Origin: Bryobacteraceae bacterium
GTDB lineage: Bacteria > Acidobacteriota > Terriglobia > Bryobacterales > Bryobacteraceae
DNA: 64,000 nucleotides
Assembly (NCBI GenBank): GCA_036557165.1
Contig: DATBIA010000095.1
Coordinates: forward strand, 85,909 to 149,908
Reading direction: 5' to 3'
Part shown: one piece after another, positions 8,103 through 16,347 of the stretch
Layout: the number at the start of each line of letters is the position of its first letter
How positions within the stretch are numbered: the stretch's first letter is position 1
The notes under the pieces: model-generated
Told to the model about the DNA's origin: nothing
The model's database searches: none
Seen by the model: only the letters and a program-made list of their open reading frames with translations
Made by a program: the position numbers and the translations under genes

Positions 8103-10028
8103 ATGTGTGGAATCGCAGGCTATCTGAGCAGCGATAAATCGCGGCTCGATCCCGAGGTGCTGAAGAGCATGTGCGACCGCTTGGCGCACCGCGGTCCGGA
8201 TTCGTACGGTTGGTTCGCCGATCCTCCCGTGGCTTTGGGGCATCGGCGTCTGAGCATCATCGATTTGAGCACCGGAGATCAGCCGCTGGGAAACGAAGAC
8301 GGATCGATCCAGGTGATCTTCAACGGCGAAATCTACAACTACAAAGAGCTGCGCCGGGAGCTGCGGGAGAAGGGGCACCGCTTCCGGACCGAAAGCGATA
8401 CGGAAGTGCTGGCGCACCTCTACGAAGAAGCCGGCGAGCGGCTTCCGGAATTTTTGAACGGCATGTTTGCGTTCGCGCTTTGGGATTCCGGGCGCGAACG
8501 ATTGCTGCTGGCGCGCGACAGGCTCGGTAAGAAGCCGCTCTATTACACCGCGTCGACGCCGGGGCTCGCGCTATGCTTCGCCTCGGAGCTAAAGGCGCTG
8601 GCGCTTGCGCCCGGATTCGAGCGGCGCATCAACCATCGGGCCGTCGCCGATTTTCTGAGCCTATCTTACGTGGGCGATCCCGATACGATTTACGAGAACG
8701 CGTTCAAGCTTCCTCCGGGCGGGGCGCTCTCGGCCACGCGCTCGGGCTTCCGGGTTTGGCGCTACTGGCGTCCGGCGCCGGCGACGGATGCGCGTCCATC
8801 TTTTGACGAGCGGATCGAGGAGATTCAAACGCTCGCGCGGGATGCCGTCGGCAGGAGAATGATCAGCGACGTGCCGCTCGGCGCGTTCTTGAGCGGCGGC
8901 GTGGACTCGACCGCCGTGGTGGGGCTGATGGCGGAGCAATCGGCCGAAGCTGTCAAGACATTTTCGATCGGCTTCACCGATAAAAAGTTCGACGAGCTCG
9001 ACTATGCGCGGCTGGCGGCGAAGAGCCATGGGACCGATCATCGGGAGCAGGTGGTTTCGCCGCGCATCGAGGACGTTTTCGACGTGCTGGTGGATCATTT
9101 CGACGAGCCGTTCGGCGACTCCTCCGCGATTCCGATGCTGTACGTTTCGCGCATGGCGCGGCGGCACGTGACGGTGGCGCTGTGCGGCGACGGCGCCGAT
9201 GAGATGTTCGGCGGCTACCGGCGTTATTTCTTCGGCGTCTTCGAACAACGGCTGCGCGAAAAATTTCCGGATTGGTTCCGGAGGCGGGCCTTCAAGGCGG
9301 GCGCGCGTTATTATCCCAAGTTCGATTACCTGCCGCGCGTCTTCCGAGCCAAGACGCTGCTGGCGAATGTGGCCGACGATCTGGGCGGCGCCTATTTCAC
9401 TTCCATGTCGGCGTTTCGCGATGCAGGTTTGGAGGCGGTGCTTTCGCCGGATGCCCGGCGCGCGTTGGGGGGCTATTCGACGCGCCAGCGATTCCAGGGG
9501 CTTTTCCAACAGGTGCGCGAGCACTCGCCGCTCGATCAACTTCAATGGGTGGATACGCAGACTTATCTGCCGGGCGACATCCTGGTGAAGGCGGACCGCG
9601 CGACCATGGCGTATTCGCTGGAATCGCGCTCGCCGTGGCTCGACTACCGGCTGGCGGAGCTGGCGTTTCGATTGCCGGCGCAGTTCAAAGTCCACGGCCG
9701 GATCGGCAAATATATTTTCAAGCGGGCGATGGCGTCCTATATTCCCCCATCCATCGTCGAGCGGACCAAGATGGGATTCTCGGTGCCGCTGGCGGATTGG
9801 TTTCGCACCTCGCTCAAGCCGCTGTTCCAGTCGCTGGTGCTGGGCTGCGGCATGGAGGAGCTGTTGTCGCTTGGGGAAGTAAGGCGGATCTGGGAGGAGC
9901 ACCAGTCGCGGCTGCACAATCACGACCGCAAGCTGTGGAACCTGCTAATGCTGGCCGCGTGGAACCGGCGCCACCGGCTGCGGGAGGACTCGCCGGAGCT
10001 TACGGCGGCCGGAGTCTTTGGCGAGTGA
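8103..10028 (+). CDS. asnB: asparagine synthase (glutamine-hydrolysing) family amidotransferase, exosortase-locus type
   Basis: MCGIAGY Ntn nucleophile start. Class-II GATase domain (HRGPD, RRLSIIDL) and synthetase domain SGGVDS PP-loop. 641 aa. Confidence 0.9.
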   Translation: MCGIAGYLSSDKSRLDPEVLKSMCDRLAHRGPDSYGWFADPPVALGHRRLSIIDLSTGDQPLGNEDGSIQVIFNGEIYNYKELRRELREKGHRFRTESDTEVLAHLYEEAGERLPEFLNGMFAFALWDSGRERLLLARDRLGKKPLYYTASTPGLALCFASELKALALAPGFERRINHRAVADFLSLSYVGDPDTIYENAFKLPPGGALSATRSGFRVWRYWRPAPATDARPSFDERIEEIQTLARDAVGRRMISDVPLGAFLSGGVDSTAVVGLMAEQSAEAVKTFSIGFTDKKFDELDYARLAAKSHGTDHREQVVSPRIEDVFDVLVDHFDEPFGDSSAIPMLYVSRMARRHVTVALCGDGADEMFGGYRRYFFGVFEQRLREKFPDWFRRRAFKAGARYYPKFDYLPRVFRAKTLLANVADDLGGAYFTSMSAFRDAGLEAVLSPDARRALGGYSTRQRFQGLFQQVREHSPLDQLQWVDTQTYLPGDILVKADRATMAYSLESRSPWLDYRLAELAFRLPAQFKVHGRIGKYIFKRAMASYIPPSIVERTKMGFSVPLADWFRTSLKPLFQSLVLGCGMEELLSLGEVRRIWEEHQSRLHNHDRKLWNLLMLAAWNRRHRLREDSPELTAAGVFGE

Positions 10029-11334
10029 CGGAATTTGTGTGATCACGGAGCGGGACGGCATCCTATCGCGGGCCGGCGGCGCGGCCCCTATATTCGAGTG
10101 GTTGACCTGGCTTTCAAGCGAGAAATGGAAGGCATTTTCGCTGATCTTCGCACTGTCAATGAGCGTGCGGCTGATTTCGCTCGCCCGAACGCCGCGGGAA
10201 CGGATCGTGACGCCGGCCGAGGCCGAGAAAATCGCGTTAGCGCTCGCGGCCAAAGGCGAGTTTGCGGATCCTTACGTGATCCCAACGGGTTATACGGCGC
10301 ATTGTCCGCCCTTTTACCCGCTGCTCGTTTCCGGAATTTATCGCGCGTTCGGCTCGGGATACGCGGGCAACATGGTCCGGTGCATCCTGCTGATCTCGGT
10401 GTATTCGATTTTTTACGGGCTGTTTCCGTGGTTCGCGCGGGCCTTTGGATTTCCCTCGGCGGTGGGAGCCATGGCGGGGCTGGTTTCCGCGGTTGTGCCA
10501 CTGAAGCGCTCGGCGGAGGTTTTCCTGGGTTGGGAAGAGCCCTATTCGGCGTTCCTGATTGTGGGTCTGTTCCTGCTCACCCGGCGGATCTGGACGAACG
10601 GTGGAGGATTGGGCTTGGCGGTTCTATACGGGGTTGTCTGGGGAGTTGCCTTTCACATGACCCCTTCGCTGCTGCCGGTCGCGTTGGGTCTTTGCGCCGT
10701 CGATTTGTTCCGCTTCCGTGCCAAGGCGAAGACTCAGACCGTGGGATGGTGGGCGATTTCGCTGACGGCTATGGCGCTGACGGTGCTTCCCTGGACGGTG
10801 CGGAATCACGAACGTCTGGGCGGGTGGATCTTTATGCGCAGCAATGCGGGGATCGAGCTTTACATCGCGAATCAGGACGGCGCGCAGCCTTCAAACGGAG
10901 AAAACGCGGCCGTGTTGCGCCGCGCTCATCCCTTTCGGAGTCAGGCAGTGGCGCGGCGGATTAAAGAGATCGGCGAGGTGGCGTACAATCGCGAACTGCT
11001 TCAAAAGACGGTTGCGTGGATGGCGGCGCGGCCGTGGACTTTTCTATCGCTCACATCCAGAAGAGTGGTCTACTTCTGGCTCGGCCCTCCAGAGTCTTTG
11101 GCCACAACGATCCCAACCGCGATCATTACCGTTTTGGCGCTCCTGGGACTGTGGACGATGGGGGCTTCCCATCCAATCGAGACTTGGCTTTTCGGCACGG
11201 CGTGGTTACTGTACCCCCTGATTTATTACCTAGTGAGCTACAGCCACCGCTATCGAGCGCCGATGGAATGGACGATCACGCTGTGCGCGTGCGCGTTCGT
11301 GTGGCGGAAGCTGGAAGCGGCGTCGGGCGGATGA
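10018..11334 (+). CDS. polytopic membrane glycosyltransferase, GT-C fold (PMT_2/ArnT-like)
   Basis: Multiple TM helices, WTVRNHERLGGWIFMRSNAGIELYIANQD-type segment, and a C-terminal YSHRYRAPMEW. The start is uncertain: the ORF opens with TTG at 10018 and overlaps the asnB stop. Confidence 0.6.
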   Translation: MASDGICVITERDGILSRAGGAAPIFEWLTWLSSEKWKAFSLIFALSMSVRLISLARTPRERIVTPAEAEKIALALAAKGEFADPYVIPTGYTAHCPPFYPLLVSGIYRAFGSGYAGNMVRCILLISVYSIFYGLFPWFARAFGFPSAVGAMAGLVSAVVPLKRSAEVFLGWEEPYSAFLIVGLFLLTRRIWTNGGGLGLAVLYGVVWGVAFHMTPSLLPVALGLCAVDLFRFRAKAKTQTVGWWAISLTAMALTVLPWTVRNHERLGGWIFMRSNAGIELYIANQDGAQPSNGENAAVLRRAHPFRSQAVARRIKEIGEVAYNRELLQKTVAWMAARPWTFLSLTSRRVVYFWLGPPESLATTIPTAIITVLALLGLWTMGASHPIETWLFGTAWLLYPLIYYLVSYSHRYRAPMEWTITLCACAFVWRKLEAASGG

Positions 11335-12896
11335 GCATGGCGGATATTTCGATAGCCGCTCCAGCGGGGATTCCGAGCGTGCGAGAGCAATCGCGCGCGC
11401 GGGGCGTTTTTATCGCTTTTTCCGCGCTGTTTGCGATTTGCCTGGTTCCGCTGGCGCTAGTCGAGTTACCGCCGCTGAACGACTATCCCAATCATCTGGC
11501 TCGCGCCTACATTCAGATTTACGGCTCAGCTTCGCCTTTGTTGAAGGAGTTCTATCGGCCGGCATGGGCCTTTCAACCGAACCTGGCCATGGATCTAGTG
11601 GTGGGGGCGCTGGGACGGCTGCTGAATATCGAATTGGCGGGCAAAGTTTTCCTGGGGTTGGTCTTCCTTTCGATTTCCAGCGGCGCCTGGGTTCTGCATT
11701 GGGCGCTGCATCGCAAGTTTTCGTATTGGCCGCTGGCGGCGTTCCTGCTTCTGTTTAATCGGATTTTTCTGGGCGGCATGGTGAGCTTTCTGTTCACGCT
11801 CGGGCTGGCGATGTGGGCTTTGGCGGGGTGGGTGGCTCTTGCGGACCGGCCCGCGATTATGCGAGGGGCGTTCGCGCTGCCCACGGCGTTCGTCCTGTAC
11901 CTGTGCCATTTCGAAGGATTCGGAATTTACGCGCTGATCTTGACGGCTTACGAAGCGTCGCGCTCGCGCGGCCTGCCGTGGAAGGAGAAACTCGGGCGGC
12001 TCGGCGTTGCGGCGGCGCAGTTTGTTCCACCACTCGCGGTCTTCGCCGCGCTGAGCCGCACCGCCAACCAGACCGGCGCGATCTCCTTGAGCAGCGTGAT
12101 GGGCAAGCTTACCGCGCCGCTGAATCTGTTCTACAACTATCACCCGGTTTTGGACGGCGTTTCCTTCTTACTGGTCGCCGGCGTTGTGTTGTACGGGCTG
12201 ATTCGAAGAGATCTGGCGTTTGCGAAATTCACCGTTCTGCCGTTGGCCGCTCTGGCTGCGATTTACCTGGCGCTTCCCGACGCGATGTTGGGGAGCCACG
12301 GCGTGGACCGGCGAATTCCACTGGCTTTTGCGCTGCTGTTGATCGCATCGACGGAATGGGTTGCGAGACCATCGTTTCGGGACGCGGGGGTTGCGGCGGC
12401 ATTGACCGTCTTGTTCGCAGTGCGGATGGCCGCGATCGCGGAAGCGTGGCGCTCGGCCAATCCGCTATATGCGCAATATTTCGCGGCTTTCGGCGCGCTG
12501 CCCGAAGGCGCGAGGCTAGCCGTGGCGACGGCGCATAAGTGGAGCGAGACGACAGTTCATCCGCCGGTCCATTCGATCGCGGCGATGGCGGCGATCCGGA
12601 GGTCGGCGTTCGTGCCCATAATTTATGCCGATCCGCGCGAGGAGGCTCTCGCCTTCACGCCCGAATATAAGAGGCTGGCCGATCTTCAGGCGGCACGGGT
12701 GTATTTTCCCGAATTTCTGGAACGGATGAAAATACCCGCCGAGCGCGACGCGGTGAATCCATTTCGAGCCGACCGGTTGGCTCCGTTCGATTATTTGCTC
12801 GAGGTAAATCCTACGGACTTCCCGGTTCCGGGGCCGGAGCGGGCGACTACTTTGTTTGAAGGACAAAATTTTGTTCTATACAGGCTTGGCCATTGA
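11331..12896 (+). CDS. polytopic membrane protein of unknown function (GT-C-like topology) with a C-terminal soluble domain
   Basis: The track ORF 11016-12896 is trimmed to the ATG at 11331, which forms an ATGA overlap with the preceding stop. The first loop is ELPPLNDYPNHLARAY, followed by at least 10 hydrophobic helices. Confidence 0.55.
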   Translation: MSMADISIAAPAGIPSVREQSRARGVFIAFSALFAICLVPLALVELPPLNDYPNHLARAYIQIYGSASPLLKEFYRPAWAFQPNLAMDLVVGALGRLLNIELAGKVFLGLVFLSISSGAWVLHWALHRKFSYWPLAAFLLLFNRIFLGGMVSFLFTLGLAMWALAGWVALADRPAIMRGAFALPTAFVLYLCHFEGFGIYALILTAYEASRSRGLPWKEKLGRLGVAAAQFVPPLAVFAALSRTANQTGAISLSSVMGKLTAPLNLFYNYHPVLDGVSFLLVAGVVLYGLIRRDLAFAKFTVLPLAALAAIYLALPDAMLGSHGVDRRIPLAFALLLIASTEWVARPSFRDAGVAAALTVLFAVRMAAIAEAWRSANPLYAQYFAAFGALPEGARLAVATAHKWSETTVHPPVHSIAAMAAIRRSAFVPIIYADPREEALAFTPEYKRLADLQAARVYFPEFLERMKIPAERDAVNPFRADRLAPFDYLLEVNPTDFPVPGPERATTLFEGQNFVLYRLGH

Positions 12897-13825
12897 ATAG
12901 CATGTCTTCTCCGAACGCGGCGATTCTGGCGAGGCGGGCCCGCGCGAGCGGCTCTATGCCGATGGGCCTGCTCCGATGTATGCGCCCGGCGCAGTGGATC
13001 AAGAACGGCTTCGTTCTGGCGCCGGTGATTTTTTCATCTAAGTTGATGCGGCCCGACATGGTGCTGCGGGAGGTGGTGGCGTTCGCGGCGTTTTGCCTGG
13101 TGGCGAGCGGGATTTATTTGTGGAACGATTGCCTGGACTGGAAAGCAGACCTGGCGCATCCCGAAAAAAAACTGCGCCCTATTCCTTCGGGGCAGTTGAG
13201 CGCCGTGTCGGCGGCCGTGTTCGGATCGGCGTTTCTGATTGCGGGGGTGGGGGGCGGGCTCGCGCTGGGCCGCGCGACCTGGCTTCTGCTGGGCGCCTAT
13301 GCGGCCATAAACATTTTGTATAGCTTCTGGCTGAAGCACTGGGCGATCGTGGATCTGATGTCGATCGCCGCCGGATTTGTATTGAGAGTGGTAGCGGGCG
13401 CAACCGCGATTGGAGTAGAGGCGTCTCACTGGCTGCTGATGTGTACGTTTCTCCTCGCGCTGTTTTTAGGGATCGCCAAACGGCGGCAGGAATTGGTTCT
13501 GCTCGCGGGAGATTCTTCACGGCATAGGCGAGTGCTCGACGACTACACGATTCCTTGGCTCGATCAGGTGGGCACGGTGGTTTCGGCGGCCACCATTGTG
13601 GCTTATGCGCTCTACACTGTTGCGCCAGAGACGCAAGCCCGGTTCGGAACCGACCGGTTGATCTACACGCTTCCGTTTGTTATTTACGGCATGTTGCGCT
13701 ATCTGCAATTGGTCCAGAACGGGGATCGCACTGGAAATCCGACCGGGGTTTTACTGACCGACAAGCCGCTAATGATATGTCTGGCGGGGTGGATTGCCGC
13801 CTGCGCGGGGATTATTTACCGATAG
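12893..13825 (+). CDS. UbiA-family prenyl-phosphate phosphoribosyltransferase (decaprenyl-phosphate phosphoribosyltransferase-like)
   Basis: RPAQWIKNGFVLAPVIFS, Asp-rich motif YLWNDCLDWKADLAHPEKKLRPIPSG, RRVLDDYT, and the tail LLTDKPLMI...IIY. This pattern matches the Rv3806c-type subfamily. The start is TTG at 12893 or ATG at 12902. Confidence 0.8.
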   Translation: MNSMSSPNAAILARRARASGSMPMGLLRCMRPAQWIKNGFVLAPVIFSSKLMRPDMVLREVVAFAAFCLVASGIYLWNDCLDWKADLAHPEKKLRPIPSGQLSAVSAAVFGSAFLIAGVGGGLALGRATWLLLGAYAAINILYSFWLKHWAIVDLMSIAAGFVLRVVAGATAIGVEASHWLLMCTFLLALFLGIAKRRQELVLLAGDSSRHRRVLDDYTIPWLDQVGTVVSAATIVAYALYTVAPETQARFGTDRLIYTLPFVIYGMLRYLQLVQNGDRTGNPTGVLLTDKPLMICLAGWIAACAGIIYR

Positions 13826-13841
13826 AAGGCGCAATGGCGCG

Positions 13842-14510
13842 ATGCTGAAGGCTGCGATCGTGGACGTGGATGGCACTCTGTATGATCTGCGGCGAGTGCG
13901 CCGGCAAATGGCGGGGCGATTGATGCGGTTCGCCGCGTTGCATCCGTTCGGCGGGTGGAAAACAATTCGAGCCCTGAAGGCCTTCCGTGAGGCCCAGGAG
14001 CGGATGCGTTGTTTGGGGACCGCCTTGGGACAAGCGGATAAGGCGGCGATGATGTGCGATTATCCGGCGGAGTTCGTGCGCGCGTGCGCGGCCCGGTGGA
14101 TGGAACGGGAGCCTTTGCCCTGGGTGGCGGAAGCGCGTTATCCGGGCGTGGCGGAATTCTTCGAATGGGCGAAGCGGCGCGAGCTGCCGGTGGGGGTGGT
14201 TTCCGACTACGACCCACGGGAAAAATTGCGGGCGCTCGGATTGGATGCGGAAGTGGCGGTGTGGGCGCAGCAGGAAGAAGTGGGGGCGTTCAAGCCTGAC
14301 CCACGCGGTTTGATCGTGGCCGCTCGGCGGCTGGGCGTAGAGCCCGCCGAAGCGGTTTATATAGGCGATCGCGAAGAGGTGGACGGAGCGGCGGCTCGCG
14401 CGGCGGGCATGCCGATCTTGATCTTGGGAACCGGCCGCGACTGGCGGGGGATCGTGGCGCATCTGGAGGCGGCGATCGGTCGGGAGGAGAAAGCGATAGT
14501 CAGCGTATGA
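13842..14510 (+). CDS. HAD-superfamily phosphatase
   Basis: Trimmed to the ATG at 13842 (MLKAAIVDVDGTLYD). HAD motif I is DVDGT, motif II VGVVSD, motif IV YIGDREEVD. Confidence 0.75.
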   Translation: MLKAAIVDVDGTLYDLRRVRRQMAGRLMRFAALHPFGGWKTIRALKAFREAQERMRCLGTALGQADKAAMMCDYPAEFVRACAARWMEREPLPWVAEARYPGVAEFFEWAKRRELPVGVVSDYDPREKLRALGLDAEVAVWAQQEEVGAFKPDPRGLIVAARRLGVEPAEAVYIGDREEVDGAAARAAGMPILILGTGRDWRGIVAHLEAAIGREEKAIVSV

Positions 14511-16210
14511 GTGAAGTACTTTCACCCTCTCCCTCGCTCGCGGCGGAGGCGCCCGCGCCGGGGAATCCCGTCCCTAGTTGGCGAGCCGCTCTTCCGTTCG
14601 TGGCGTTGACGGCGGCCGTTGCGGCGTTGTTGCTCACGGCGCCATACGGCAAGGACATGTGGTGGAGCGACGCTCCACGCCACGCCATGGACGGCGCGTT
14701 TTATCGCGATCTGGCGCGGCAGGTGATCGGTCACATGCCCCTGGCGAACGTGAAGCAGTTCGCCATGAATTACTACCTCAAATATCCGGCGCTGACGATT
14801 TTGTTTTATCCTCCGCTGTTTCCGTTTGTCGAGGGGGGATTTTTCGGGATTTTCGGAGTGTCGCTGTTTACGGCTCTGATGGCCGTGTCGGCGTTTTATC
14901 TGGCGCTGGCATGGGGATCGTATGTGCTGTGCCGCCGGTGGATGGATCGCGCGCCGGCGCTCGCGGCGACGCTGCTGTTTGTCGGCGCCCCGGAGGTGGC
15001 CTCATGGGGACGGCAGGTGATGCTGGAGATCCCCGCCTGCGCTTTCCTGGTGTGGAGCGCGGTGGCGTTTCTGCGCTATGCGGACCGGCGCAAGCCGGCA
15101 ATGGCATATGTGCTGGCGCTGCTTCTCGCGGGCGGAGCCTACACCAAGCAGACGGTGCTGTTCATCGTCCCGGCGCTGCTGTGGACACTGTGGAAAAAGA
15201 GGGGCGCATCCATGCTGCGCGACCGCCATTTGTGGGGCAGCGCGGCGCTCCTGACGGCGCTGGTGGCGCCTCTAGCGGCTCTGAATTTGACGCTGGCGCG
15301 GCTGAATGTGGGATCGGTAGTGGGCGGGCGCTGGAATCAGATCCCGGTGTTTTCCTGGGAGGGCTTGTCTTTCTACGCGCGGATGCTGCCCGGGCAAGTC
15401 ACCTGGCCGGTGGCGCTATTGGCACTGATTGGCGTGGGCGCGGCGGCGTTCCAAAAAAAATGGGGCGAAGGCGAATCGTTCTTTCTGGCCTGGCTGGCGG
15501 TAGGCTACATTTTCTTTTCGCTGATCGCGCTGAAGGAGCCGCGCCATACGGTCACCATTCTGCTGCCGATGGCGTTCTTCGCGGTCCGGGCCATTCGAGC
15601 CATCGCGGGCGCGCGGCTTGCGCCGGCGCTGGCGACGCTGTTTGCAGCGGTGATTTTCTCCAATACGCTGTGGCGCCACCCGGCGCCGTATGTGGACGGA
15701 TATGGCCAAGCGGCCGATTACGTCGTGTCGCGGGCGCCGAGAGGCTCCGTGATTCTTTTTTCGGGATATCGCGACGGAGCCTTCGTCTTCGACGTGCGCC
15801 GGCGCGTGGACCGGCCCGACCTGTGGGTGCTGCGCGCGGACAAACTGCTGTTGCGAGTTCCCCAGCGCCGGGAGTTGGGTCTGGAAGAGCTGAAAGTTTC
15901 CGAAGCGGACACGCTGGATATGATTAACCGGTTCGGCGTGTCTTACGTGGTGAATCAGGCGAACTTTTGGGACGATCTCAAGAACATGCAGCAGTTGCAG
16001 CATGTGCTGCATTCGAGCCAATTCCGGAAGGTGGCGGTGATTCCAGTGTCCTCGAACGTGAACCATGAGGACCGGGAGCTGGAGATTTATCAGAACCTCG
16101 CGCCGGCGAAGGTGAAGGTGAAGGAGAGACTGAAGTTGGAGCTGCCGATCATCGGGATCCAAGTGGAGGGAACGATCGACAGCAGCGACACGACGGGGGG
16201 AGCGCGGTAG
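14507..16210 (+). CDS. GT-C membrane glycosyltransferase (ArnT/PMT_2 family)
   Basis: ATGA overlap with the HAD stop. First-loop motif WWSDAPRHAMDGAFY, about 11 TM helices, then a C-terminal soluble domain. 567 aa. Confidence 0.7.
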   Translation: MSEVLSPSPSLAAEAPAPGNPVPSWRAALPFVALTAAVAALLLTAPYGKDMWWSDAPRHAMDGAFYRDLARQVIGHMPLANVKQFAMNYYLKYPALTILFYPPLFPFVEGGFFGIFGVSLFTALMAVSAFYLALAWGSYVLCRRWMDRAPALAATLLFVGAPEVASWGRQVMLEIPACAFLVWSAVAFLRYADRRKPAMAYVLALLLAGGAYTKQTVLFIVPALLWTLWKKRGASMLRDRHLWGSAALLTALVAPLAALNLTLARLNVGSVVGGRWNQIPVFSWEGLSFYARMLPGQVTWPVALLALIGVGAAAFQKKWGEGESFFLAWLAVGYIFFSLIALKEPRHTVTILLPMAFFAVRAIRAIAGARLAPALATLFAAVIFSNTLWRHPAPYVDGYGQAADYVVSRAPRGSVILFSGYRDGAFVFDVRRRVDRPDLWVLRADKLLLRVPQRRELGLEELKVSEADTLDMINRFGVSYVVNQANFWDDLKNMQQLQHVLHSSQFRKVAVIPVSSNVNHEDRELEIYQNLAPAKVKVKERLKLELPIIGIQVEGTIDSSDTTGGAR

Positions 16211-16347
16211 CGACTGTTCCGTTACCTCGGCCGGGACTAGGGCCGACGACAGGAATTTTTCATCCGCTTCTGCGATGGATCGGGAGCGGCAAGCGTGGAT
16301 TCAACTGACTTGGGAATCGCAAAAATCATGGTAATTTCGGAAAGATT

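Noticed and set aside
10018-12896. Polytopic membrane ORFs (also 27977-29512) considered as a divergent exosortase.
   Set aside because: None has a Cys-containing exosortase-type active-site segment or the roughly 8-TM EpsH-like layout. Their loops and C-terminal soluble domains look GT-C-like instead.
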